DNA from: Ylistrum balloti
Taxonomy: Eukaryota
Reading direction: 5' to 3'
DNA: 64,000 bases
NCBI RefSeq assembly: GCF_031769215.1
Contig: NW_026782057.1
Coordinates: 310,001 to 374,000, forward strand
The position numbers and the translations under genes were made by a program. The notes below the pieces were generated by a model. It was not told the origin of the DNA. It worked only from the letters and a program-made list of their open reading frames with translations, and searched no databases. Positions 12,378 to 25,850 of this stretch are shown here, piece by piece (within the stretch, counting starts at the first letter, position 1; the number at the start of each line of letters is the position of its first letter).

Positions 12378-14137
12378 CTGCTTTAGAGAATATCGAGTAA
12401 AAACAAACAGCAATACCTAAGTCACGACAGGTACTTTAAACCAACTAAGCACCATTTAAGTTTAGTTAATCACTTGTTGACAGATAATCGCATTGATATA
12501 TTAGTGCATTCGTAAGAATTAGTTATATAACCAGAATATAATTACTGCAATTAGCACATTTATATTTTAGCGCAATAATCTTAGCGGGAAGAGCGCTAAA
12601 ACAAGACAACCTCTAAGATATGTACGTTTGCAGTATTTAGGAAAGGTGTTTAGTCATTTAGGCGTTTAATTCAAAACAAGCTAAATCATTTCAATGTTTA
12701 TAACACAATCAGACAGGCAACACACAAGCTCACAGCTGGTGCAATGTTAAAAAAGCGTTTTCAGTCTGAGAAACATAACCCAGGTTCGTCGATCTTGTGC
12801 AGACAGGGGTCTTCCAATTTAGTGTCAATTGAAGCACGACAAGTGGAGACAAACTCGGTGATGTAAACTTCAATGATGTTTTATTAAGTTTAACAAATAT
12901 ACCTGAGATTAATATGTTTAAGGCAACAAAAACGAGATAATTACACTCTCCCGTACACCAAACACATTATTCAAACTAACTACAAGGTGTGACTCTAAAG
13001 ATATAGACGACAGATTAGTCAAATTCACCTTACATGACTAGATACTAATGTTCTTTTTCTACACATCAAAAAATACTGCTCCGTATTCTATACTCTATAT
13101 ATTCTGTTCTATACATCCAACTGCCACCTTTACTATAAAATGACAATTTAACATTGAATCCCCAAGACTCTACCGTATTTACTACCGTACTTCTACACTA
13201 CCGTAAGGAGAGTAAAGAGAAAGAAAAAGATACAATTAGTCTAGACAATAATTTTCCGCTGGCTACCGACCTATAGAAAACTACCGGCATTTATTGCTGA
13301 AATACGGCAAACTGCAAGTGCAGAATTCACTCTAGATATCGAGACACTCGCGGCAGGTAAACAGCCGTATCTTGTTTCATTCGGAACACCTCATCTCGAT
13401 TGAATTTCTACCCTCTCTTCGAAAATTCAACGAGTGCAATCTAGCGGAAAAAGTTGTTACTAAGGCAGGTAATCCAATCCTGATAAACAATATGGCAGAC
13501 TTAAATAGATAAGTTGTCAGCTTTAAATACAGAATGTTATACAAACAAATTTTCGTCTCTATTACACCAGTAATACCGTAATATGTACCTATCATGTATA
13601 CATGTCATCGTATGGAATGGTTGGTATGCAACGTTTAGTAATACGCCCCCTGGTGTGGATGTTGCCACTGAAATTCATATCATGAACAACAAGAAAATAC
13701 CAACATATCAACTTAATCACAATCCAAACTCAAACCCAGTAAAACTAGGGCAAAGGTAAACCAAAGTAAGATTTACACGAAGTATCCCGAGGAAGTAAAA
13801 GGAAAATAGCACCACGTGATTCGAAAGAGTAAGCATCTTACGACGGTAAATCTTGGACAACGGTTCCCAAATAAGAACAATGTATACTCTAAATCTTCCC
13901 CGTTTGTTTCAATTTGAAGCTTACTGCTGTATCAATAATGATAATAATAATAATAATTTGAATATAAAGAGAGTTTTGAGATTCATCACCTGCTTCTAGC
14001 AATACATACGATGTGTGACGGGTAGTAATCTAATTATTGTATTGTTTATTCACTTTAAATCTAAGAGTATAGGAGTTAAATACATAAGAATACAGTGTAT
14101 AATGTATAATGTATTATAACATATACTAAATGTTCAG

Positions 14138-14378
14138 GCCCCACTTGTATAAAACATCTCAACTTGAGCTTTGCTCAAGTCGAGATTTTCCTCAGCTGAT
14201 ATCTCCTCAAAAACGGCTTGTATAAAATATTTTCCCAAGGAACAGGAGGAAGGCATCGGCTAAGATGTCCTGAAATTCCATGAGGAATTTTCATACAAGA
14301 TATTTTCAAGGAGATATTAGCTGAGGAAAATCTGGGTTTGAGGAAATCTCAAGTTGAGATGTTTTATACAAGTGGGGC
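14138..14378. mobile_element. PIF/Harbinger-like MITE, copy 2
   Basis: Same TIRs as copy 1; flanked by CAG/CAG. Confidence 0.92.
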
Positions 14379-14391
14379 CAGATATACTTAC

Positions 14392-15120
14392 ATTGTACAA
14401 GACGAGAGGAAAAAAAGTCAGACTGGCGGACAGTTGAGCGCGCATACAAAAGTATAATAGAAGGACAATTATGATTTGAATAATGCTGGACAATATCTTT
14501 TTTCAAGAGGTAATTGGCATAAGATGCATATTAAACACACATTAGGATTGAAATATTGAACGTATTATCAAACTTAATCTTAAATATTTGCCTAGAAAAC
14601 AAAGTTCTTTTCTATTACGTAATGTCAGTAATTGTACGAGTTTGTACGACGGCGGACGCTGCCAATAATACCTTTTTATAAACGTTTTACATAAATTTAT
14701 ATACAGGGGACAAATCAAAATAAAGCGGAACTCGTCTTCTACTAAATTCTTGTTACAATGAATGCAAATACTATGTTTCCTGTGGATATTTTGATACCTG
14801 CCTTTTTCTAAACGCGGCTGATGAGAAGATAATCGAAATTTAGATGTAAGTCGAAGATAATTATCTGGAATAGATTTTGATCAAAAAAAAATGCGGTAAA
14901 GTAAACCGAGTCTAAGAAGAATTTGTACAAATAACATTTTGAACATACTCATTCCGTAACTGAATGAAATTATCGACAACGCTTTGTTTGACAAAATATA
15001 AAAATACGCGTTCGTTATTAATTATATGAAACCTAACTTCCCCCAAACCAGAGGCAAACGACCTAGTTCAGAGTATAGCATAAAAGAAGGTGTACTCTTT
15101 TTAACATTCAAGATTTTTTC
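14392..15120 (-). promoter_or_regulatory. Non-coding block paralogous to 36621-37420; candidate first exon/promoter of AOC copy A
   Basis: Collinear alignment by eye (e.g. GACGAGA..AAAAAAAG...GGCGGACAGTTGAG, CTCGTCTTCTACT, AACTTCCCCCAAACCAG, AGGCAAACGACCTAGTTCAGAGTATAGCAT). Minus-strand GTAAGT donor at 14391-14386. The homology is seen directly; the function is inferred. Confidence 0.5.
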
Positions 15121-15289
15121 AGGAAACTGGTACGATTTTTTTTTATATTTTATCAGCTGGGATAAACCCCCGGACTTCACAGCTATAATCAAGAACAGGT
15201 GTTAACAGACACACTTTGGGAAAAAATGTATCTCGCATACAGAAGGCCATTATTAGAATACGCGTGCGAAGTATGGGATAATTGTGGAG

Positions 15290-16250
15290 TTATTATGTCA
15301 TTAAATATCGAAAAAAAATCCAACTACAGGCAGCCCGAATTGTGACTGGTTTACTCATGTATACTAGATCTGACTTACTATTAAGAGAAACGGGTTGGGA
15401 AGAACTTAAATTAAGACAACATCGAAAGTTGTCCATTTTTCTACTATAATTAACGTGACTGCACCATCTTTCCTCGCCGATTTTCTTCCTGAACCTATTG
15501 GCAATCTCTCTAGGTATAACTTCAGAAACGCAGATCAGTTACGACAGCCAACTTACCGTCTTATGTGTAACTCATTTTTCCCTTCTACAACTAATCTCTG
15601 GAATGGATTAGATGAGTCTTTAAAAACTATTGGTTCACTGAATTTGTTTAAACCCAAACTACATTTGTATGTACAAGAAGCACCAACAAGCTTAAATCGT
15701 GCTTTTTATCATATGGCCCTCGTAAGCTAAAAATTATTCATTGTCGTTTGAGAATTAGAGCAAACTCACTCAATTATGACCTATTCAGAGTCAATCTCAC
15801 GAGCTCTGCATCTTGCTCCTGCGGACATCCCTCCGAAGACTCCTTTCATTACTAACTTCACTGTACCAACTATGTACAAATTCGTAACACTCTATTTACC
15901 GAACTGTCGTGGTATCCGGGTGATATTTCGATAAACGTTCTTTTAGACGGAGACGTAAGGCTAAGTTCAGCTGAGAACTCGCTTTTAGCTAGAGCTGTTC
16001 AAAAATGTATTGATGTATCTGAGCGATTTGGCTAGTTATCTGCCTTCCCCACCTTTCCTCCTTTGTGCTATATACTCCCTTCTTCCCTCCTTACCTTTTC
16101 GTTGAAGCAATACTTCAGATGTATAGATAATACAATTTCAACTGTCCACTATATGAGGATATTCGTAAAAAGATAATTAGAAGGTATTATTAGAACCGTC
16201 GATATTCATATAAACTTGTCCAACTGCCACCTGTACGTAACAGAAAGGAA
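15290..16250 (+). mobile_element. 5'-truncated CR1/L2-group LINE relic (ORF2 C-terminus plus 3'UTR)
   Basis: EKIQLQAARIVTG...ETGWEEL, SFFPSTTNLWNGL and SCSCGHPSEDSFHY*LHC motifs, with frameshifts. Confidence 0.85.
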
Positions 16251-16689
16251 ATTTGTAACTAAGGAAAGTATCTGCAATCGAGCTTATTAGTACGGTCTGG
16301 ATTCCAACTTTAACTTATTGTCTTTTGATTAGCATTGCATGACTATTTGTTTGTCTACAACATTATATATATAAATATTGTCGCCGTTAATCCCCTGACT
16401 ACATCGCTCTATACATATGTATGCCTTGTTCGAGCCTTTGTTTGATAATGTTGTTAGTAATTTTTGTCACTGCACTTTTATGGTTCTATTCTAGCCTATG
16501 TATTCCTATGTAATGTCAACGTACCCGTATATAAAGTAACTATACAACAGCTTTCCATCTTCCATTAATTTGTCGATTTTGTACAAGATAATGACAGAGT
16601 ATTTATACTTACTAGATTCTACCTGCTAGATTATGCTTTATACACGATGCTGTAATGTCATTGTATTTCATATTACTTATGCATCAATC

Positions 16690-16900
16690 ATATATTTTTT
16701 TTATTATTTTTTAATTTTTTATTACAATTTCTTTAAAATATATTCCATCAGAGTACAAATGCCCAGCCATTAATTGGCTTATGAGACACGATTATATACA
16801 TAAAATATACAGTTATACTTAAAACGGTTATCCATTATTTAAAAGTGACCGCCTTCTCCTCATCATATGTGGTTATGAATGCTCATGAGGCGTAAGACTT
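16690..16900 (-). mobile_element. Short LINE 3'-end fragment
   Basis: Shares the stem motif CCCAGCC...GGCTTATGAGACAC with the 3' end of the LINE at 22089-23430, next to an A-rich tail on the minus strand. Confidence 0.5.
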
Positions 16901-19074
16901 TAAGTTAAATAAACAACAATTAACACTGAATAACATAAACATATGTACGGGTAGGATTAAAAAAAGTTCTGGCAAGCACGTGTCGTACGCGTCAGTGATT
17001 TCTAACAACACACAGGTGAACATGAGTGGGAAGACCGACGACTGAGGTGACTAATGTGTAACGCACCTTTTTATCTAAAAATAGCTCAGTCAGTATGAAT
17101 GCACGGGCAAAATTATATACACCTCAAACACAAAGTCAGCGACGTTCAGTTTCCAAAATCGTGATGAAATACACAACTGCAGCGAAAACTACATCGCAAA
17201 TGATGATCATTCAACCACTCTTTACCCTGAATAAAGCAACAGTGCAACAGTGTGTTTTGTTTTCCAATATCAAGTATCGTTGAAGTGGCTAGCTCATGAC
17301 CAGATATATAAAAATTGTTATCACAGACCGATGGTATACGTGAATGCGCGTGATTTTGTGATCACGATTGTAGTTGATAATCTATAGCATGACGTTTAGT
17401 CATAAATACATTAAATGTTATCGAAACTAAAAGGCAAAATAAACAATGTGTCTTTATGTACTGATTCATATGCTTATTTCAACCAACAAATACTGTTTAA
17501 ACCAAATGATGTACTGTGTAAATTGTTCTTACTAACAACCAGATAAAAACGGACCGCTGATCCGTCAGTTGACCAGTGTATAAGCGTTTTTTCTTCCGAT
17601 AAATAAGATTTTTTTGTAAATTCTGAATGACAAATTTACATATACATTATTATGTATGTATATTTGACTGTCGTATTTTTTAACAATTAGGTTTGTAACA
17701 TACATTGTTTAGCTTACAAATCAATGTAAAACATTTGAAATCCAATCTATGAATAAATAAAACAACATGATGACAATCATGAAACAAGAAATGTAAATTA
17801 AAAAACATTAAGAGTACATTTCATTTATTAAATCTACATGGCAGGGAAAGTGGCACAATAAATATTTTTGATTATACCGAAAATGTTAACCCATGTTGCC
17901 TTTTGAAAGTCCAGTGGGCTAGCCATTCACATTTTGGTCATTTTTTCCAAACACAAATGCCTTTTCAGGACAAGTCATACTTATGTTACGTAATAAATTA
18001 TAAATCAATTAGATGGTTACCTAGGAACCCAATTACTGCTTATTTAAATATGCTAAACTATTCCGATTCTATTCCGCTCTCGAAGCTTGCTCAAGACCTT
18101 ATTTTAAAATCATATTCTGTAATAAAATTCAATTTATTCATTGTCTTTTATTACAACTTAACTAGGACACTACCGAATACAAAAATTAAATGCACATAAA
18201 AACGACTTTTTATCAATTCACAAACTTAAATAGAATATCGGATTAGAGAGGAAATCAGAACGTGACTGATTATTAATCTTATGATACCCTTATCTTCTTT
18301 CCGAACGACAGTGAGGACGGAAGAATATGTTTGTTAATGTCAGTGGTATACTGATCAAACAGTATTTCTGATTCATATACGACGGTTTTAGCGCACTAGT
18401 TACTCTGGAACGGCAAGACTGTAACATATTTTATCGAATAAATTTGATTTATCTCCTGTTGTTTATCTTTAATGTTTATCTTATGGCCTCGTGATCATGA
18501 TTTTGGATTTGTCATCATACACATGTAACTGCCAGATCATTTATAATTTCTATTTTGATGAAACTTTATGATTAAAAAATATGATATCTGAATAAAACTT
18601 TAATGAAATCTTAATAAAGCAACGATTATTTGTCCAAAGCTGTGCTTCACTGGAGGTAACGATACAGCCTTTCATGAAATGCAACAGACAACAAATACAC
18701 ATACAACCAGAAGACTTTTATAAACAATAAACTACAAATGTACCCAAACAGAAGGCTGTTATGGGTATTGGGCAGTGGTCTTATCGTGAAATGAGTGACC
18801 GACAGACCTCTTATCTTTGTTCTGTAGGGGTATCGAACTCCAGTCCACGAGTCCTCATACATGTAATGTAGATTGTTTTACGTAACGGTCGGCTACAATG
18901 CGATGGGTATACTTTTTGTAGATTTGATTTTTTTATAAGAGAATTGAATATTTGATACATTTCTATTGAAGATGATAATTTCAATGAATTTATGATATTA
19001 CGAACAATACAGTTTTGTTAAGGATAAGGTTCGGTTATGATCAACAGTATTATATTGAAATTTTGAATAGTAAT

Positions 19075-19200
19075 GTTCTCGCCGTTCACATAGTCGTCTA
19101 GGGTTCGATTCCCGGGACGGATGTGAAAAGGTACGGGGTCACCTGCCTGACCACGTGGGTTTTCCCCAGGTACTGCAGTTTCCTCACAATATCAATAACC
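19075..19200 (+). mobile_element. tRNA-derived SINE
   Basis: B-box GGTTCGATTCCC at 19102-19113, then GGGGTCACCTGCCTGACCACGTGGGTTTTCCCCAGGTACTGCAGTTTCCTC, which resembles V-/Meta-type SINE central domains. Confidence 0.8.
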
Positions 19201-21864
19201 GATGTAAAATATCAACATCTGCATAAAATCGTCGGTTAGCCTCGGATAAAATCACATAAAATTCGAGTTTTGGGAGCAACTGGAGATTTATTTGACGTAA
19301 ACATAATACTCGTGCAACTCCAGATTGTACACAAACAGTGAATACGAGTCGGGTATTCAATACAATGCTGGTTTTATCAACTTTTTCGTTATGTTGGAAG
19401 AGTTGTTAAATGTTTAGAAAGAACGTCAAGCGTGACAAAGCATAACAAAGACATCCCTTCGTATATATATACTATTACTTTCAGTATCCTGATGATCGAC
19501 ATTTTGGAATTTTTTTCCCGAGATATAACACGCTGAAGCGTAATGGAAGACTACAGTGTTGCAGTATTGGCTGCGTGCCAAGATGGATGATTCAACAGGG
19601 TTTTTTTTCTTCTTCTTAAAGATTACACAAGACTTGTATATATTATAAATAGAATTGATACACATCGGCATGTTACCTAAGTGTCGTAACATTGACTAAA
19701 TGACAAGCCGACGGACTTGAAATATCGTTTAGACGGTTATTTTCACAGGGGTGAGATTTACGATTTTTCGCGGTACATCAATATGACCGCGAATATAAAA
19801 TCCATTAAATAATGAGACACGTTTGTGTGAGATGTCATTTTCCATCCAAATTACGAAATACTAATTCGTTCGTCTTAAAAACAAATCACGATTTTTTTTT
19901 ACCTGTGGAAAAATACTAGCTATACGGTGAGTGGTCGACCTCGTAATTATGTTACACAACATCTAAAAAAAACATTTTCTTTTATAATTTCTAGACATCA
20001 GGCTGCACTGTAGTTTATTTGAGCGATGGACGTAAACAGTTGTTAAATTAACTGCGAGTCACGAGTCGCAATAGTTGTATTATTTCGTGCACGGAAATGT
20101 ATTATTTAGTGCACGGAAATGCCCCACGACTGTTAATACTTGGGTACTACAACGAGGAAAAATATTATTTGCACTTCTCAAGGATCAGCAAACTCATATT
20201 AATCAATGAAAAGCGGTACCGATAAACATAAACAATTAACTTCGATATAGTTAAATGAACATATTAAGATTAAATACTACACAAACGTGAATGATAACCC
20301 AGATCAGTCACTCTCACGTGCTACTTATCAACGAGTCATGTACTGCTCCGTGTTACTCACTAAAGATTAACTTGGCGATATCTCAGGGTATCTGTTTATT
20401 TTTCAAAACACATTAAAGGAAGTTTTGGTATTGACCGGCAATAGTTGTTTTATAAATAGAACAAACTACACGTAAAAGGGTTTAACCTAAATTTGCGGGT
20501 ACGTTTCTACAATTTTATACAACGTTTAGTGACTAACACTTCAACATGATATTAGAAAATACCACTAACCCTTGTGACCCTAATTACCATTTAACGTGTA
20601 GAGTAAAAATCATTTAAAACATATAATGGTAGTTTAAGGTAGATACCATTTTGTCGGTATATTTATGTTATTTTGAAGGATACTCGGAGACCTGTGTAGG
20701 ATCAAACAGTCCCAATATCTGAAACTAACAAAAAATAAACGAATGTTGAATAACTTCCTTCATTTCTTTAAAAATTTTGAATCACCTATCATCTACCCTT
20801 GTTTGGTAGTCTGTATGTTATGCTATATAATATACACCTTGTATTTGTCCTGTTAACATTAAACATTATCTCATACATAACTCTGGACAAAGGGGCGCAA
20901 CTGCTTTAACCCTGGACGACGAGACGAACGCTTTTACCGAACATTTTTTCACCGTCGTCGGGTTGCTGTATTCATTTCAACTTTGGAATTTGAGGAAGAA
21001 TAAAACAACAGGATAAGGAAAAGAAAACATTATAGATTTCATAAATTGTAACATTTTATTATTTAAAACATATAATGTAATTATTTACAATTTAATACTC
21101 TTCTATTGTTCTAATCAATACATGAAAAGTACAACTTTTCAATTTCAAGAACTATAATGGTAATAATTTTTTCAGCTTATTGAACTGATACACAACTTCT
21201 TTTTTTAATTTTCTGCTCTTAAATGAAGAAAGTAGGATCTCTATCACCCTTTTATAGTAAAGTGAGGCGAAGAAAATTAATGGTTGTATTTGAGAAGTTG
21301 GCTACATTCTCTGATAAATAAATTATCACTTAATCGAATAATTGATATCATTAATTCATTTAGGGTTAGCAGGGGGATATAGTTAGCAATTTATTCCAAC
21401 ATTCATGGAATTGCTTGGCTTTATGATGGCGTAATTTGATCCCCATCTTTGTAGTCCTGGGTATATTTTTTAGGATATCTCTGATTGGATAACATTTAAG
21501 TACAGTTGATTGCTGTACTGTTAATGAACAGGAAATTGTAATTGTCATATTTTCTGTCGTGCTTTGTTATTTTTAATAAATGGCATATTTCATTTTCAAT
21601 CGGAGTCTGGTTTTGTGTATTTAGAATAAGTATAACAAATATCACTTAATAGACTAATTGATATCATTAATTCATTTAGGGTTAGCACTATTTCGAATTA
21701 ATGATTTGATTTAATTAATTATTTTCATCGTTAAATACACCTAATTATAGATATTATTAATTCTGTTTAGTGATATCATTAGTTTAATTTAGTGATAAAA
21801 GTAATTCGAATGATTGATATCATTACATCTGATAGGAGCGACATTTTAAAAATGATATCTTTTT

Positions 21865-22086
21865 ATAAACTTTATTTATTTTACAACAATTGCGAAGCAA
21901 GTTTTTCCAACTTATATTAATCACTAGTGTTGGCCCAGGTGGAAGCGCGCGACGGGTCTTACTGTGAGAGGAAACCAGTGTATCTGAGGTAAACCCAACT
22001 GTTCGGACAGGTGACCCAATACCTTTATCGCACCCATTCCAGGTATCGAACCCCGGGCGGCTAGGTGAATGGCAAATGTGTTACCA
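21865..22086 (-). mobile_element. tRNA-derived SINE, same family as 19075, 5' head cut by a LINE
   Basis: Minus strand: B-box GGTTCGATACC (22052-22042), GGGTCACCTGTCCGAACAGTTGGGTTTACCTCAGATACACTGGTTTCCTC, and an AATAAA-rich tail. Confidence 0.8.
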
Positions 22087-23430
22087 AATCAATCAATCAA
22101 TCAATCAATATATTTTATTTGAGTGTCACATATCACAGTACATAGTAATAAAAACAACATTGAACAGTTATTAATAAAAGTGATACCCAGCCGATATCGG
22201 CTTATGAGACACTATATAGTTAAGCATTAAGGTTATGGTTAAAACAATAAAAGTTACGATTATAATGTCCTGTATTGATAATTACATGTAGACCTAGTCA
22301 AAATATACTGATATTTCCTACACAAGTGAGCGCCGGTACTTAAGCATTAAAAAGACTGTTTTGGCTAATAAAAACTGAATATCCGGCATCTCCATTAACC
22401 TTACAAATTTTTCACACGAAGTTAATAAAAGAAAGTTTGGTAATATGGCTGTAAATGGCTTCATTAAAAAGATCAGTTCTAATTTCATTAAAAACTGGAC
22501 AGTCACATAGAAAATGTTTATCTCGTCTTCGACTTGACCACTCTCACAATGTTTACACAGGCGGTCATCTAGAGGAATGTTTGTATATCGACCTGTCGCT
22601 ATGGAAAGGGGGAGACAACCCAAACGAAGACGCAACAATGCACGACGATAATTTCTTGGAATAATAGACGTCACGTAACTATCGGGTATCATATCTTTCT
22701 TAAAACGTCGATACGTTCGCAGTTTGTTGCCATTTATTCCTTTATCTGTCCAGAGTTTTGTGAACCACACAGCTTCATCGTGGATACGAAGGCTTCGCCC
22801 GATGTTACACATTTTCCACCTATTACTATTAGCACTGTTTATGATATCTCTAATGTTAAGTTTTGATGCTAGGCGTTTAACTCTAGCTTCCCACGAGTTT
22901 CCTCTTCTTATAGACCATTTATGAATTTTGTGAAGAAGACGATCTGCGTCCACATTTTGTAAACGAATGTATTGACGAAAAACCTCCATCCTTTGTTTTG
23001 TTACTAATGAAGTCCATCCCATATCTCCTAACGAACCCAAGTTTGACGCACGTTTACCGACACATAAGAAGAGTTTCAAGGCACGCGTTTGAATATTGTT
23101 CAATTTCCGATGCTCCGTATGTCCCCATACTGCAGCTCCATATAATAAGATAGGTTGTACAAGTGATTCAAAAAGTTTTGTAGATAGCTTATATTCCATA
23201 CCTCCTACACTCAGGAATTTTGTAGTGAGGGCACCTAAGGCTCTACTTGCTGACTTGGATAATTCCTGGATTGCTACTTTGAATGTGAGATGTTCGTCGA
23301 ACCACTGTGTTACCTGACTACCCAAGCAGCTTATTGACATTGGGTTGGCTAAATTAGCAAATGCAAATGGAGGCATCCCTAAAGCTGATTCAGGTACCTT
23401 TGCAACATTATCACATTCCTAACTATGTCA
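22087..23430 (-). mobile_element. 5'-truncated L2/CR1-group LINE (ORF2 C-terminal part, 3'UTR, (TTGA)n tail)
   Basis: ORF 22318-23376 has post-RT LINE motifs (VQPILLYGAAVWG, GNKLRTYRRFK, LRLRLGCLPLSIATGRY, RLCKHCESGQVEDE). (AATC)n on the plus strand at 22087-22107. Confidence 0.9.
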
Positions 23431-24000
23431 CCAGGCATCGTGAAGAAGTACTTTGATAGTATACAACTCAGGTTCATCGCTAACAACTTCACCACAGCAT
23501 GAAAGGACTTAATATATAGAAAACAATGACAGATTGCGCAGTGTCACCTACCTTGTTTGTGATCGACATGAACATCATCATGAAAGATGCTGAGAATGAC
23601 ACTAGAGGGAAGAAAATGAATTCAGAGAATCATAGATGACCTGACTAACAGTGGATACTATCTGCATTCGATGATGTCGTGACCTGGGCTCTGATGACGT
23701 TTAAGCCGAAGAAATCACAGTACAGTAGGAGCGGTTGACAAAACAGTTCACATTTCCAGTCCAGACGGAGGAAAAACCATTTAACGTCAAAAACCCTGTG
23801 AAACGCTGACGGAGATGTTACGACGACACCTTGTCCGACAAGAAGAAAGTTGGTATAGACTGGATTGCCTACCGAAGATTTGTTTTTCTATCCTCAGCTG
23901 ACATCCCTTTGAAAATACATTAAGCGCTGTCTAGCGAAGAAGAGTTGTACCAAGGCGGATAATCCAGTCTGTTGTCTGTGAGACTAAGACTGGGGAAAAT
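23430..24000 (+). mobile_element. Highly degenerate non-LTR retrotransposon RT fragment (possibly RLE-type/HERO-like)
   Basis: Fragments IVKKYFDSIQLRF..NNFTTA, DDLT, TFKPKKS and YDDTLSD appear in the order expected for such RTs. The clade call is from memory of the family only. Confidence 0.5.
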
Positions 24001-25339
24001 TGCTACATACATGTTACATAACAACCTCGATGTTATATTGTTTAAAGACTATTCTAATTTACAAAACCAGAAAATGCATTCAGATCCTACTTAATTAAAA
24101 CCTTATAAGATATGATGAAATATTAATATAGTCCACAGTATGCTAAACTTGAACTCACGTGATTCTTGAATAATACTGAATAGAAAATATAACATATCCT
24201 AGCCAATGTAATATGATGGTGCGCTTAATAGCCAACTGTATATAACAGTAACGATTGACATAGGAAAATAACTAATGGCTTAACATCTGCGCGTCTATTT
24301 ATAGTGTATTTATAGAAAGAATCCCTCAGTCACAAGATGGCGTATACTGTCGGTTACGTATTACAAATTTGTGTTTACAGTGTTTCAAATATCATGCAGG
24401 TACAGTCTGGTACAGAGTCCTCACGACTGTCCCGTCCCATTAAAGACGAGCAAGTTGAGCACGGCTTGTATCTGATGGGACAGAGTTAATCTAGGTAAAC
24501 AAGTCTGAACCTATCCACGGTACATTAGCTAGTCGCCTACGGTATACATTGCATCAATACTAGGCCACTGCTTTCGCTCATCCAAGCAGAAATGCTTTAT
24601 CAAAAATTGTTATTTTTAACTGTAGAATTCTTAAAAGGAAACAGGTAACAAAAAATGTTACTTTCAAATATGGCGTGTCAGAGTATATACTTTCATTCGT
24701 ATTTAAATATGTCGATATTTTTATTATATGTTTGTAGTTCATATTATAACACATTATATATTGCGATATTCTTTTTGTGTAATTAGATATTTACAATCCA
24801 CATTATATCTTTTTTGTATTTTGTTTATCCATATTGTATCATTGTAACTCATGTAGCATATTTTGATATCCTGATTTTAAATGTCTACAATATGAATGAC
24901 GAAGACACGATGTGAGTTTCGAATATAGTTTAAGAATAACAAATTATACAATATAGATACATCATTTTATCAGTTGGCAAATATTGACACGAAATAATCA
25001 CGATGCTAGTGACTTCATCAAAAATCACAAACATATCATAGTAAAGTTTACTTGGTTAGTAGCCGTGTTTATCAGCCGATTGACTCTGGTGTTTGGCTAT
25101 CGCTTTCATCATTTCATGGATGGTTTGAGAGTTGATGTGGAATGTAGTTGACGTATATATACATAGTGTTGTACCAAGGGAATTGATAGTATCATTTAAT
25201 ATGCTATCACATAATGATATCTTTACCACTATCTGATCGACTGGAGATTTATTCTTACAATGATAAGTATATATAGTATGATAATTAATAATCTTTTATT
25301 GTCAGTTCATAACATCGAAAATTTGTAAAAAAAAAAAAA

Positions 25340-25850
25340 AAAAAATTCCCAATGTTCCTCCAGTTCATGCTCAATTTTTTTTAAAAACTTTTCTCGCATT
25401 AACGTTTCTCTTCGTGAACCATTTATATGCCCACGAGGTTTTAACCCTTCCTTTAGGGAAGACAGGTTTGCGACTTCTTGCAGCACATTTCCCGGAAATG
25501 ACCTAACCCTCTACCATGTTTACACGTAATATTCTATATGTTAATGTTGGTAATCTTAGACGTTGTAGATGCCCCGTATACGATAGATTACAAAGTCCGG
25601 GTACTTGTTTCGTTGCTTGACGTTGAACATTCTCAATTGTTGCTACATTTTTTTTTCTAAATGAGAGTATCCAATATGAAATGTGTCTGTGGTTAACAGT
25701 TTAAAACTACGTACATTTATGGATTCCATTATTTTCCACAATACTCCAATGATATGATTTGCTTTGTTAACCTGTTCACAAATATGTTTTTCGTATGTTT
25801 GGTCGTCATCTATTATAAGTTGAGTTAAGAGACCGGTCTTCAAAAAAAGA
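25340..25850 (-). mobile_element. Degenerate CR1-clade LINE fragment
   Basis: IIDDDQTYEKHICEQVNKAN, then IENVQRQATKQVPGLCNLSY..HLQRLRLPTLTYR. Confidence 0.8.

Noticed and set aside
19075-19200. Possible tRNA gene
   Set aside because: It has a B-box but no complete cloverleaf, and it continues into a SINE body with a second diverged copy at 21865.
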